A stretch of 62,659 nt of DNA, counting the filler. It is 7 parts of 7 records of this genome, joined end to end, with 100 filler letters (N's around TTAATTAATTAA, not from the genome) between each part and the next. Parts side by side here need not be neighbours in the genome. Positions count along the whole stretch, not along the records: positions 28,702 to 39,189 come from SRR31156797_21746; 6 more parts are not named here. The stretch is one strand, 5' to 3'. A program made the translations under genes and the position numbers. The notes under the pieces are model-generated. The model made no database searches. It had not been told where the DNA came from and saw only the letters and a list, made by a program, of their open reading frames with translations. The stretch's first letter is position 1, and every line of letters starts with the position of its first letter. Below are positions 28,704-39,289 of the stretch, one piece after another.

Positions 28704-29192
28704 ACCTACGATTTTTACAATGGCTGGCATAATGTGACAGGGCATCATAGCAATTATTTACCATCAGCAAAGCCTGTACTGGACAAAAACAGTGTTGTTG
28801 ATGCCATTGATATGCATGTAAATGCAGGATTCCCGGTTGAGAAGATTAATCTGGGTATTCCGTTCTATGGTCGAATTTGGAAAGGGGTAAAAGAAGATGG
28901 AACTAATCCTTTATTTAAGGAGGCTGAAACAGTTGGAATGGGAATTGATTATATCGATTTCTGCAAAAATATTAATGCTAATGGTTATTTCCGTTATTGG
29001 GATGAAAAGGCAAAAGCTCCGTATTTGTGGAATCCAGAGGAAAAAACTTTTATTTCGTACGAAGATGAAGAATCGATTGCTTTAAAAGTTGAATACCTGA
29101 AGAAAAGAGGATTGGCCGGAGCCATGTTTTGGGAATACAGTGCCGATCAGGATAAAAAGTTGCTCAGGGCTGTTACCAATAACTTAAAATAG
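28704..29192 (+). CDS. GH18 chitinase-family protein, C-terminal fragment
   Basis: TYDF, TGHHSNY, KINLGIPFYGR, WDEKAKAPYLW, ISYEDEESI and GAMFWEY motifs. Confidence 0.88.
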   Translation, partial: TYDFYNGWHNVTGHHSNYLPSAKPVLDKNSVVDAIDMHVNAGFPVEKINLGIPFYGRIWKGVKEDGTNPLFKEAETVGMGIDYIDFCKNINANGYFRYWDEKAKAPYLWNPEEKTFISYEDEESIALKVEYLKKRGLAGAMFWEYSADQDKKLLRAVTNNLK

Positions 29193-29244
29193 AAAAGACA
29201 TCTATTCTATAAAAGATAGATGCCTTTTGCTAGTACATAACGAA

Positions 29245-29703
29245 TTATTTATAAAAAGGTAGTATCAAATAAGTGTAAATTGCGCAACCAACACAAATTG
29301 TCAATGCAAATTCCAATCCCGCAAAAAATACCAGAACCCCGGCAATAGCCATCGAAACTGTAAGCGGTCCTGTAAAGTATAAGGTTACTATAAGTAACAT
29401 CATAAAAAATCCAAGCCGTGCAGCAAAAATCTTAGGGGCTTTATCAATATGTTTTTCCCCTAAATTTAGGGCATTTGTAAGTGTATGACTGGTATAACTT
29501 ATAGGACTAAATTTTGCTTTTGTAAAAGCTCGTATAAAAAAATCAGCCATTAGGATAAGCAATAAAACCGGAGCTTGAAAGGCAAAACCTCCAACTAGCA
29601 ATAAAATGCCTAAAATGGCATTTAGCCGGGTGATCTGTTCATTTATTTTTTCGTTTGATATTGGACAAATCAGTTGTTTCATTATTTCTGTTTTAATTTC
29701 CAT
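29245..29703 (-). CDS. DUF4395 membrane protein
   Basis: RLNA, DFFIR, APKIFAARLG and ICVGC motifs. Confidence 0.85.
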   Translation of the reverse strand: MEIKTEIMKQLICPISNEKINEQITRLNAILGILLLVGGFAFQAPVLLLILMADFFIRAFTKAKFSPISYTSHTLTNALNLGEKHIDKAPKIFAARLGFFMMLLIVTLYFTGPLTVSMAIAGVLVFFAGLEFALTICVGCAIYTYLILPFYK

Positions 29704-29738
29704 TCAAAATAAATACAAAAAACTCTTTTATTTGTGAT

Positions 29739-29754
29739 TGTGACGGTTGTCATG
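29739..29754. promoter_or_regulatory. CRP/FNR-family-like operator upstream of the DUF4395 gene
   Basis: TGTGA-N6-TCATG, close to the TGTGA-N6-TCACA consensus. Confidence 0.4.
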
Positions 29755-29927
29755 GTTAATCCTTACAAATATTTAACAAATCGTATTGTTTGTTATATAA
29801 TTATTGGCTGTGGTGTGTAACTTTATGGCTTCGAAAAAGAAGGTAGATCAAGAGACATGAAAAGGAAATTTAGAAATTTGCATGATTGCTGGCTACCTTG
29901 ATTTTTAGATTAAAATTATACGAATAC

Positions 29928-31757
29928 ATGAGGAAAATAATTTTATTGATTCTGGGAATAGCAGTAATGGGATTTGCCATAGCGCAGGAGAAAAAAGTAG
30001 CAAAACCAGTTTTTAAAAACGGAGAAGCACAAATTGTTAAGGCTTTTGAGGATCCGGATCGCTGGATTAGAGAAGATCTTTGGGTAGAAACAGAATTTGA
30101 CAGCGATGGTGATGGGCAATTTGATCGAATGCATGTTGATGTTACCCGTCCTTATCAAACCGAATCAGAAGGATTAAAACTTCCTGTAGTTTATAATTCC
30201 AGTCCTTACTTTGCCGGTGTGGCAGGAAATAGCCCGGAATTCTTTTGGAATGTACATCACGAAATAGGCGAGAAACCACATTCTTATACTCACCCGCCTG
30301 AAATTCAACGAACCGGCGAACGCCCGATAATATCCAAGAGACATGTAAAAACGTGGGTGCCTCGTGGTTACATTGTGGTTCATTCTTCTTCGCCAGGTAC
30401 AGGTTTATCTGATGGATCGCCAACGGTTGGTGGTGACAATGAGTCGCTGGCACCCAAAGCGGTAATCGATTGGTTGTGTGGACGAGGAAAAGGATATAAA
30501 ACCCGTACCGGAAAGGAAGAGGTAAAAGCCTACTGGAGTACCGGAAAAGTTGGTATGACCGGAACTTCGTACAACGGAACTTTACCTTTGGCTGCAGCTA
30601 CAACTGGCGTGGAAGGGCTGGAAGCGATTATTCCAGTTGCTCCAAATACTTCCTATTATCATTATTATCGTTCAAATGGATTGGTTCGTTCACCTGGAGG
30701 GTACTTGGGGGAAGACATTGATGTACTGTTTGATTTTATCCATAGTGGCGATTTAAATAAAAGACCTTATGCAAGGGAACATATTCGTGACACTGAAATG
30801 CGAAACAATATAGACCGGGTTACAGGAGACTACAATGACTTTTGGGCTGGTCGCGATTATTTAAATGACATGGAGCCAATGAAAGCTGCTTTGTTAATGT
30901 CGCATGGTTTTAACGATTGGAATGTGATGCCTGAACACAGTTTGCGAATCTACGAGGCTGCAAAAGCAAAAGGATTACCTTGTCAAATTTATTACCACCA
31001 AAACGGGCATGGAGGTCCACCTCCAATGTCGATGATGAACCGCTGGTTCACCCGCTATTTGCATGGGATAGAAAATGGTGTTGAAAACGATGCAAAAGCC
31101 TGGATTGTGAGAGAAAGTGATGAACCTGCCGAGCCCACTGCATATAAAGATTATCCAAACCCGGAAGCCCGCTTGGTAAAGTTACACCTACTGGAAGGAG
31201 CTCCTGAACAAGGGAAACTTATTTTAGAAGGAAACGCAGTAAAATCAACAGAAACATTGATTGACAACTACTCTTTTTCAGCAGCAACGCTGGCTAAGGC
31301 AGAAAATACCGAACACCGCCTGATTTATGTTACCCCGGTTTTAAAAGAAGCAATTCATCTTTCGGGAAAACCCAAAATAAGCATAAAGGCAGCCAGTAGT
31401 AAGCCTGCTGTAAATCTTTCGGTTTACCTGGTTTCATTGCCCTGGAACGAAGGAAGGCATGTAAAAATTACAGACAATATTATCACCCGGGGATGGGCCG
31501 ATCTACAGAACTACAAGTCGTTGCGTGAAAGTAATCCTTTAGAGCCGGGAAAGTTTTACGAAATGACTTTTGAACTTCAACCCGATGATCAGGTAATTCC
31601 TGCTGGACAACAAATTGGATTAATGATTTTTTCAAGCGACAGAGATTTTACTTTACGTCCAGAACCAGGAACAAAACTAACGGTTGATCTGGAAGGGACA
31701 AGCATTGAAATTCCCGTGGTTGGCGGAAAATCGGAATGGCAAAAAGCCATGGAATAA
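29928..31757 (+). CDS. Xaa-Pro dipeptidyl-peptidase (S15/CocE-NonD family)
   Basis: Signal peptide; nucleophile GTSYNG; HGFNDWNV; HQNGHG. Confidence 0.9.
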   Translation: MRKIILLILGIAVMGFAIAQEKKVAKPVFKNGEAQIVKAFEDPDRWIREDLWVETEFDSDGDGQFDRMHVDVTRPYQTESEGLKLPVVYNSSPYFAGVAGNSPEFFWNVHHEIGEKPHSYTHPPEIQRTGERPIISKRHVKTWVPRGYIVVHSSSPGTGLSDGSPTVGGDNESLAPKAVIDWLCGRGKGYKTRTGKEEVKAYWSTGKVGMTGTSYNGTLPLAAATTGVEGLEAIIPVAPNTSYYHYYRSNGLVRSPGGYLGEDIDVLFDFIHSGDLNKRPYAREHIRDTEMRNNIDRVTGDYNDFWAGRDYLNDMEPMKAALLMSHGFNDWNVMPEHSLRIYEAAKAKGLPCQIYYHQNGHGGPPPMSMMNRWFTRYLHGIENGVENDAKAWIVRESDEPAEPTAYKDYPNPEARLVKLHLLEGAPEQGKLILEGNAVKSTETLIDNYSFSAATLAKAENTEHRLIYVTPVLKEAIHLSGKPKISIKAASSKPAVNLSVYLVSLPWNEGRHVKITDNIITRGWADLQNYKSLRESNPLEPGKFYEMTFELQPDDQVIPAGQQIGLMIFSSDRDFTLRPEPGTKLTVDLEGTSIEIPVVGGKSEWQKAME

Positions 31758-31820
31758 CATTAAAAGCTATAAAAACCGTTCTGGATTTTTTAGACCAAAA
31801 CGGTTTTCTATTTTGAGTTG

Positions 31821-34061
31821 CTAATAATTATTAGTCATATAAACTTCTAGTTTTCCTCCTTTCATCAGTTCATCATGCGTGAAGAATGGCTCTGAAAGCT
31901 CTTTTCCATCTAATATTACTTTCTCAACATATTTATTTTGGGGGGAATTGTTGTGGACTACAATTTCAAAAATACCATCTGGAACACGAATCTGGGCTTT
32001 ATCAACAATTGGTCTGCCAATGGTATAAGTTGGATTACCGGGGCAAACCTGGTAAAAACCAAGGGCACTCATAACATACCAGGCCGACATTTGTCCACAG
32101 TCTTCATTCCCGATTATTCCTGCAGGTTCCGGAAGGTAGAAATCATATAGGATTTGATCGAGGTATTTTTGGGTTTTCCATTTTGCATCAGTCCAGTTAT
32201 ATAAATACGCCATGTGGTGGCTGGGTTCATTTCCATGGGCATATTGTCCGATTAAACCGGTAATATCAGCCGATGCATTCTCTCCTAAAATCTCGGAACC
32301 AGTGTTAAACAGGCTGTCTAATTGTATCTCAAATTGTTTTTTACCGCCCATTAGCGCAATATGTCCTTTTATGTCGTGAGGAACAAAATAGCTCCATTGG
32401 TAGGCATTGCCTTCCACATAGTCGGCATGTTCATGGTCAGAATGTTTTGGATTAAAGGGTTCGCGCCATTGGCCATTGGCATTTTTGCCCCGCATAAAAC
32501 CTGATTTCGGATCGAAGTAATGTTGGTAGAACTTCGATTTTTTATTGAATTCTTTCGCTGTCTCCTTATCTCCGGCTGCTTCAGCAATTATGCTTACACA
32601 CCTGTCGTAATAGGCCATTTCAACACCGTACGAAACCGATACTTTAATGGAATCGGCCGGAATCAGACCATATTTTTCCTTGAAATAAATGTGTTTTTTC
32701 ATAATCTCAGCACCTTTATTGCTTTCATTTGCTTTAAGCCATTCGGGTTGCCAGGTTGCAGCAGTTACTGCCGCGTTTTTCCAGTCCTCAAGATTTGCTT
32801 CCGGAACCAGGCCTTTTACAAGTGCATCAGCCATTACCGATGTGGCAGGATAACCTACCATTGTTCCTGTATAGTTCGATGCCAATTCCCATTTTGGTAA
32901 CATACCCCCTTCACGGTATTTTTGCACCAAAGATTCGGCCCATTCCCCAGCCTTTTTAGGTTTTATTATGGTCATTAACGGATGCAAAGCTCTAAAGGTA
33001 TCCCATAACGAAAATACGGTATAATTGGTAAATCCATGGGGGGCTTGTTTTATCGTCTTGTCCATCCCCCGATAACGCCCGTCAACATCCTGGTAGGTAT
33101 AAGGTGCAATCATCGAGTGGTATAGTGCCGAATAAAAATTCTTTTTTACTTCATTGTCGGTGGTTTCTATCTCCACTCCTTGTAAAGCATTTCTCCAATT
33201 GTTTTGTGCAAGCTCAACTGTTTTTTCAAAGTCCCAGCCGGGCAGTTCAGTTTTCAAATTCTTGGCAGCTCCTTCTTCATCAACTACCGAAAGTGCAACT
33301 TTTACAAGAAGAGGTTTGTCCAATCCGATAAAACGAAAATGTAATTTAATGTCTTTTGCTGTAAGTTCGGTAAGGTCCGATTTTTCACCTTCTACGTATG
33401 TTGTTAACGATTCAAAGGGCTCTGCAAATTCAATGCGATAAGCCATTAAATGGTCGCTGGCCCATCCTCTCGTTTTATGCACTCCTTCTATCGTTTTATT
33501 GTCGATCTTGCGTACAGTGTTTTCAACAAGTTTGTGCCCCCAATTGGGTTGAAGGATATGACCAAGATCGAGCATAAGATTTCGGTCGTTACTGTTCTCA
33601 AAGGTATAGCGGTGAAAACCAACCCGCTTGCTGGCGGTAAGTTCTGCTTGAATTCCAAAGTTATTTAAACGAACTTTATATAAGCCGGGCGATGCCGATT
33701 CCTCTTCTTTTAAAAATGTTGCAATGGGTTTTACTTCATCGCTATTTGAGTAGGGTAGAAGTAAGATCTCTCCCATATCTCCAATTCCGGTTCCGCTTAA
33801 ATGAGTATGACTAAATCCGTAAATTAACGAATCTTCGTAATGATAACCACTACTTGCATCCCAGCCAGGTATATGCGTGTCGGGACTCAGCTGAACCATG
33901 CCAAAAGGAGTAGTGGCCCCCGGAAATGTATGTCCGTGAAATCCGGTGCCAATAAATGGATCAACATAAATAAGCGGATCAAATTTTTCAGTAACCGGTT
34001 TGTTTGGTGTACATCCGAAAATAAAAGGCAGGATAAAAAATAGAATTGTTTTTATATTCAT
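31821..34061 (-). CDS. GH92 alpha-mannosidase (lipoprotein)
   Basis: GHTFPGA, QLSPDT, FSLWDT, EGNAYQW, GNEPSHH and GNEDCGQMSAW motifs. Confidence 0.93.
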   Translation of the reverse strand: MNIKTILFFILPFIFGCTPNKPVTEKFDPLIYVDPFIGTGFHGHTFPGATTPFGMVQLSPDTHIPGWDASSGYHYEDSLIYGFSHTHLSGTGIGDMGEILLLPYSNSDEVKPIATFLKEEESASPGLYKVRLNNFGIQAELTASKRVGFHRYTFENSNDRNLMLDLGHILQPNWGHKLVENTVRKIDNKTIEGVHKTRGWASDHLMAYRIEFAEPFESLTTYVEGEKSDLTELTAKDIKLHFRFIGLDKPLLVKVALSVVDEEGAAKNLKTELPGWDFEKTVELAQNNWRNALQGVEIETTDNEVKKNFYSALYHSMIAPYTYQDVDGRYRGMDKTIKQAPHGFTNYTVFSLWDTFRALHPLMTIIKPKKAGEWAESLVQKYREGGMLPKWELASNYTGTMVGYPATSVMADALVKGLVPEANLEDWKNAAVTAATWQPEWLKANESNKGAEIMKKHIYFKEKYGLIPADSIKVSVSYGVEMAYYDRCVSIIAEAAGDKETAKEFNKKSKFYQHYFDPKSGFMRGKNANGQWREPFNPKHSDHEHADYVEGNAYQWSYFVPHDIKGHIALMGGKKQFEIQLDSLFNTGSEILGENASADITGLIGQYAHGNEPSHHMAYLYNWTDAKWKTQKYLDQILYDFYLPEPAGIIGNEDCGQMSAWYVMSALGFYQVCPGNPTYTIGRPIVDKAQIRVPDGIFEIVVHNNSPQNKYVEKVILDGKELSEPFFTHDELMKGGKLEVYMTNNY

Positions 34062-34266
34062 GATATGTAATTTACGATTGGGCAAATTTACTTCTTAATA
34101 ATTTTAAAAAGAAGGATTTTAAGGAAGAGATTAAATAAAAGTAGAAACCAGTGATATAATACCTCAATATTAAGTGTCTTTAACAACTTTTTATTATAAT
34201 GCTGATACTTGTTAATATTCATGGAAATAAAAATTTCTATTTTCAGCACTTCAAAAAATAAACTCT

Positions 34267-35637
34267 ATGTTTCAATCATCAACTTATATTAAGCGCAGAA
34301 GAATTTTAAAGGAAAAAGTAGGTAATGGGATCATTCTTCTTTTTGGGAACGATGAATCATCAATGAATTATACAGATAATACCTATCATTTCAGACAAGA
34401 TAGTACTTTCATGTACTATTTTGGTATTTCACATCCTGGATTAGCTGCTATTATTGATATCGATAATGACAAGGAAATAATTTTCGGAGACGATTATACC
34501 ATTGATGATATTGTTTGGATGGGGCCGCAACCTACTATTGCCGACCGTGCTGCCTTGTGTGGCATTCAAACTGTTCATCCTATACATGAACTTTCTTCGG
34601 TAGTTGAGAAAAGCAGAAAGATTCATTTTTTACCGCTTTATCGTCCCGAAAACAAGATTAAACTTCTGGAATTAATTGATGTTGCTCCAAAAGATGTGGC
34701 AAATACTTATTCCCTCGATTTGGTAAAGGCAGTTGTAAGTCAGCGTGAAATTAAAAATGAAGAAGAGATCAAGCAAATTCATCAGGCTGTTGATGTATCG
34801 GTAGATATGCATGTGGCAGCAATGAGATTTGCCCGCTCCGGAATGATGGAAGCTGAAGTTACTGCCGAGATTCAAAAGGTTGCTGTGGCTGCAGGTGGAA
34901 ACATCGCTTTCCCGATTATTGCTACAAAAAACGGGCAAACACTACATAATCATTACCACGGAAATAGAATCAATGAAGGAGATTTATTTTTGGTAGATGC
35001 TGGCTACGAAAATGAACTATGTTATGCAGGTGATTTATCAAGTACTTTTCCTGTGAGTAAGAAATTTACCTCCGAGCAAAAAGAAATATACGAAATTACA
35101 TTGGACGCTCATCAGGCTGCTGTAAATGCTCTTGAGTTTAATAAACCTTTTAAAAATGCGCATATTGCCGCATGTACAACCATTTTCGACGGTTTAAAGT
35201 CAATGGGATTTACCAAAGGAAATTCAATGGATGCGTTTGAAGCGGGTGCTCATGCTTTGTTTTTCCCATGCGGCACAGGACATATGATGGGGCTTGATGT
35301 ACACGATATGGAAGATCTTGGCGAAGTGTGGGTTGGTTACGATGGACAGCCCAAAAGTACACAGTTTGGATTAAAGTCGCTAAGACTTGCAAAGCCTTTA
35401 AGAGCAGGTCATGTTTTTACCATTGAACCTGGCATATATTTTATTCCTGAATTGATTGATTTATGGAAAGGACAAAACAAGTTTAACGATTTTATTAATT
35501 GGGAGAAGGTAAACAGTTACAGAAATTTTGGCGGAATTCGTAACGAAGAAGATTTTGTAATGAATGAAAACGGAGCTCAATTGCTTGGAAAGCCAAAGCC
35601 TAAATCGGTTGAAGAGGTAGAAGCTTTAAGAGGCTAG
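34267..35637 (+). CDS. Xaa-Pro aminopeptidase (aminopeptidase P, M24B)
   Basis: FRQDS, LVDAG, YAGDL, GHMMGLDVHD, TIEPGIY and GGIRNEED metal-ligand motifs. Confidence 0.92.
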   Translation: MFQSSTYIKRRRILKEKVGNGIILLFGNDESSMNYTDNTYHFRQDSTFMYYFGISHPGLAAIIDIDNDKEIIFGDDYTIDDIVWMGPQPTIADRAALCGIQTVHPIHELSSVVEKSRKIHFLPLYRPENKIKLLELIDVAPKDVANTYSLDLVKAVVSQREIKNEEEIKQIHQAVDVSVDMHVAAMRFARSGMMEAEVTAEIQKVAVAAGGNIAFPIIATKNGQTLHNHYHGNRINEGDLFLVDAGYENELCYAGDLSSTFPVSKKFTSEQKEIYEITLDAHQAAVNALEFNKPFKNAHIAACTTIFDGLKSMGFTKGNSMDAFEAGAHALFFPCGTGHMMGLDVHDMEDLGEVWVGYDGQPKSTQFGLKSLRLAKPLRAGHVFTIEPGIYFIPELIDLWKGQNKFNDFINWEKVNSYRNFGGIRNEEDFVMNENGAQLLGKPKPKSVEEVEALRG

Positions 35638-35748
35638 TTAAGAACGATTCAGGTTACATGTTAAGGATAAGGCACTTGTAGCCTGAATTGGATTTATCTC
35701 ATCTCAATAAATCCAAAAAAAATATACTTTTGCTCCAAACAAGATTTT

Positions 35749-36288
35749 ATGAGGAAGGGTTATTTGTTTATCTTTTTGTTATTAAATCCGTTTGGGTTAT
35801 TTGCTCAAAATGAAGTTGGTCCGGAAGGACAGAAACTGGTGTGGGTATTCCTTTTTCTCTTTGTTATTTGTTTGGTCTTTTTTATAATCACTAAGCCTTT
35901 TCAAAAATTAAGAACACTGTCGTTCAGTGGATTGAAGAAGGTCAAGATTGGTTTGGAAAAGGATACTTTGTATTATCCCGATACTCTTACACTCACGATT
36001 AAGAACAATGCGAATAAAGATATTGATGTGAAACAACCTTTACTCATTTTTGATAACTTCTGGCTTAAAAGAAAGTTCAGGATCAAAGGAATAGATAACC
36101 GTGTTTTTTATCCCTTATACCTTGAGAAAGGTAAAACACACACATTAAAAATTGACTTATCCCGTTTTTACGGGCATGATAAAAAACTTAAAAGATTTCC
36201 GAAAGCAAAAGTAATTTTAACGGATGTTAACGGGAAGAAACTAGGGAGCAAGTCGGTTTACTTACGAAAAACACTACTAAACTTTTAA
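35749..36288 (+). CDS. Hypothetical membrane-anchored basic protein
   Basis: Signal plus TM segment; stop overlaps the pullulanase start (TAATG). Confidence 0.7.
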   Translation: MRKGYLFIFLLLNPFGLFAQNEVGPEGQKLVWVFLFLFVICLVFFIITKPFQKLRTLSFSGLKKVKIGLEKDTLYYPDTLTLTIKNNANKDIDVKQPLLIFDNFWLKRKFRIKGIDNRVFYPLYLEKGKTHTLKIDLSRFYGHDKKLKRFPKAKVILTDVNGKKLGSKSVYLRKTLLNF

Positions 36289-38234
36289 TGAGAAGCTGGA
36301 AATTTAATCATATCGATTTTTCTACTTATCCCGGTTACAGGGGAAAAGATCTTGGCGTTTTTTGGGCACCTGAGAAAACAACCATAAAAATTTGGGCACC
36401 TACTGCAAAGGTGGTTGAATTACGTTTGTATAAAGATGGAGTAAAAGGAGAGGCCTACTATAAAACAAATCTTCAAAGAAAAGATAAAGGAATTTGGTCG
36501 ACCATATTAACAGGCGATTACGAAGGTAAATTTTATACCTTCAGGATTAACGATGGAAAATGGCTGGAGGAAGTCCCTGATATTTATGCACGTTGTGTAG
36601 GCGCAAATGGTTTGCGCGGAATGATTTATAACTCCAACAAAACAAATCCGGAGGGATGGATTTTTGATAACGGTCTACGTTTAAAAAGTTTTACTGATGC
36701 TGTAATCTACGAAACTCATGTACGCGACTTTTCAATTGCCGAGAATTCAGGAATAAAAAACAAAGGACTATACCTGGGATTTACTGAAGAAGGAACACAA
36801 TCCCCGGAAGGGGTAAAGACTGGTATTGATCATTTAAAAGAGTTAGGAGTAACCCATGTACATTTGCTCCCGGTAAACGATTTTGTTACGGTAGATGAAG
36901 AAAAGCCCCTTGAAAAATACAACTGGGGTTACGATCCAATGCACTACAATGCTCTCGAAGGTTCGTATGCTACCGATGCATACGACGGTCGTAAACGCAT
37001 TCTGGAATTTAAAAAACTGGTTAAAACCTTGCACGATAACGGCATTGGGGTTATTCTCGATGTGGTTTATAACCATACTTATTTTGCCAAAGAATCGGTT
37101 TTTAACCAGGTTGTTCCCGGGTATTATTATCGCCAGAAACCGGATGGCACTTTCGCCAATGCTTCGGGATGTGGCAACGAGATTGCGTCGGAACGTGAGA
37201 TGGTACGCCGGTACATCATCGATTCGCTAAAATATTGGATTGAGGAATATCATATTGATGGATTTCGTTTTGACCTTATGGGGATTTTCGACACAAAGGT
37301 CATGCAAAAGATACGAAAGCAACTCAATAAAATTGATAAAGGACTTTTACTTTATGGCGAAGGTTGGGCTGCAGATCAGAGTCCTATGTCGGAAGATCTT
37401 CGGGCAGTAAAAAGAAATACTCCAAATATGGCAGGTATCGCCAGTTTTAATGATGATTTCAGAGATGCCTTAAAGGGAAATCATGGAGATAAAAAATCGA
37501 AAGGTTTTGTAAGTGGCCTGGGTTTGCGCGAAGAAGCGGTTAAGTTTGGAATAACCGGAGCCGTTCATCATCCGCAGGTAAATTACGGGTATATCGATTC
37601 GGTTAGCTGGGCCTGGGCTGTGGAACCAGATCAGTGTATTAATTACGTTTCTTGTCACGATAATTATACCCTATGGGATAAATTGAAACAAAGTTTACCA
37701 AAAGCTTCTGATTTTGAGCTGCGCCAACGTGTTAAGCTGGCAGGTGCATTGGTGCTTACTTCTCAGGGTGTTCCGTTATTGCATGCCGGAGTTGATTTTT
37801 GCCGAAGCAAAGGAGGCAATGGAAATTCTTATAAATCTCTTGATCATGTAAATCAGCTAGATTGGAGCAGAAAAAATGAATACATTGACGTTTTTGATTA
37901 TTATAAAGAACTTATAAAACTTCGAAAGAATCATCCGGTTTTCAGGATGTCATCTGCCGAATTCATTCGTCGTGATCTTAATTTTTGTTCCGAATATAAA
38001 ATTGGTGTAGTTTCCTACTGCTTAAATGGTAAAACCATGGGAGACGAGTGGGAACAGGTATTTGTGATCTTTAACGGGAATAAAAAAGTGGTTGAAATTC
38101 CGCTTCAAAAAGGAAATTATAAAGTAGTGGCTAAGGCTGATCAGATTAATGAAGATGGTTTAGAATTCATTAGTGAAGTACTTCTTGCAGAACCGCTTTC
38201 GATGACTATTTTGGTTCAGGCTGAGAAGGTGTGA
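36288..38234 (+). CDS. pulA: Type I pullulanase (GH13)
   Basis: YNWGYDP signature; DVVYNH, GFRFDLMG, YGEGW and CHDN motifs. Confidence 0.93.
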   Translation: MRSWKFNHIDFSTYPGYRGKDLGVFWAPEKTTIKIWAPTAKVVELRLYKDGVKGEAYYKTNLQRKDKGIWSTILTGDYEGKFYTFRINDGKWLEEVPDIYARCVGANGLRGMIYNSNKTNPEGWIFDNGLRLKSFTDAVIYETHVRDFSIAENSGIKNKGLYLGFTEEGTQSPEGVKTGIDHLKELGVTHVHLLPVNDFVTVDEEKPLEKYNWGYDPMHYNALEGSYATDAYDGRKRILEFKKLVKTLHDNGIGVILDVVYNHTYFAKESVFNQVVPGYYYRQKPDGTFANASGCGNEIASEREMVRRYIIDSLKYWIEEYHIDGFRFDLMGIFDTKVMQKIRKQLNKIDKGLLLYGEGWAADQSPMSEDLRAVKRNTPNMAGIASFNDDFRDALKGNHGDKKSKGFVSGLGLREEAVKFGITGAVHHPQVNYGYIDSVSWAWAVEPDQCINYVSCHDNYTLWDKLKQSLPKASDFELRQRVKLAGALVLTSQGVPLLHAGVDFCRSKGGNGNSYKSLDHVNQLDWSRKNEYIDVFDYYKELIKLRKNHPVFRMSSAEFIRRDLNFCSEYKIGVVSYCLNGKTMGDEWEQVFVIFNGNKKVVEIPLQKGNYKVVAKADQINEDGLEFISEVLLAEPLSMTILVQAEKV

Positions 38235-38728
38235 ATATTTCCGCATAAAAATCGGGAGAATCCCATCAATGAATAAGTTCCTGGTTGCCGTGTTTGTTTA
38301 AGTTGCAATTTGCTATAAATTCTTTTAGGAGCGTTGGATTCCAGGTCGATAACAAAAGGGGTAAGTGTTGCATTGTGTAAAATAAGGTGGTCAATGTGTT
38401 CGAAATTATTGGGATCATTATTAAACAACTCACCTTCTGCCACCATTTTCTTTCCAAATAACCTGCACTTTTCAATTATTTTTTTTGTTGAATTTAATTG
38501 TTTTAGTCCTGCTTTGATGATCACGTAATCTGCCCACTTAAAGTCATCGTTTTTAATCTTTCTTTTGTTTAAATCTATTAGTCTTTCATTCCAGGTTATG
38601 GGTAGATGTATGGAGCTTTCCAGCAAGGCTCTGGGTATAGCGGTTTGTTTGTTAAAAACCTTTTGCAGGAAGGCCGAAAATCCTTTCTGGCTAGTTTCTA
38701 TTTCCGGGTAAACCAATAATATTTTCAT
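38216..38728 (-). CDS. Stand-alone degenerate cobalamin-binding-like domain (N-terminus of B12-dependent radical SAM proteins)
   Basis: MKILLVYP...LPITWNERLIDLN...WADYV...KKMVAEG.LF...IDHLIL...DLE...KRIY pattern; no CxxxCxxC. Confidence 0.65.
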   Translation of the reverse strand: MKILLVYPEIETSQKGFSAFLQKVFNKQTAIPRALLESSIHLPITWNERLIDLNKRKIKNDDFKWADYVIIKAGLKQLNSTKKIIEKCRLFGKKMVAEGELFNNDPNNFEHIDHLILHNATLTPFVIDLESNAPKRIYSKLQLKQTRQPGTYSLMGFSRFLCGNIHTFSA

Positions 38729-38953
38729 GACAGCATCTAATTTTTTTTAATTCTTTATTTCAAATAAACGACCATTTAATTCGAAAAGAAAATGATTGTG
38801 GTGTTCGCCTGTAAATTGTGATATATTGAATCTTTTTGTGGGAGATGGCATAAGTTAGGGATAACTGGCAAATATCCCTTAACCGCAAAAACAGGGGGTA
38901 AGGGAGAAATAATTGTTAAGCCAAAGGCGATTGTGGTAATTAGATGTAATTGT

Positions 38954-39187
38954 TTATAAGCCTTTAAGGGCTTCTTTTACTTTTAAAGCATATTGCCTCG
39001 AAACGGGTATTTGCTGGGGATAATCAAAAAGGTTCAGAGCCAAACCATCAGTTCCACGACTAACCTTTTTGATGTAATTTTTATTCACCATACACGAACG
39101 GTGACAACGAATCATTTCCCGGTGTTTTCCAAGCAGGTTTTCAGTTGACTTCATAGTACTTCGGATAAGCTTTTTCTTTACCGAGTC
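38954..39187 (-). CDS. LytTR-domain transcriptional regulator, C-terminal fragment
   Basis: LIRSTMK, RCHRSCMVN and IPVSRQY LytTR motifs. Confidence 0.88.
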   Translation of the reverse strand, partial: DSVKKKLIRSTMKSTENLLGKHREMIRCHRSCMVNKNYIKKVSRGTDGLALNLFDYPQQIPVSRQYALKVKEALKGL

Positions 39188-39189
39188 GT

Positions 39190-39289
39190 NNNNNNNNNNN
39201 NNNNNNNNNNNNNNNNNNNNNNNNNNNNNNNNNTTAATTAATTAANNNNNNNNNNNNNNNNNNNNNNNNNNNNNNNNNNNNNNNNNNNN
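39190..39289. other. Artificial contig spacer
   Basis: N44-TTAATTAATTAA-N44. Confidence 0.99.
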
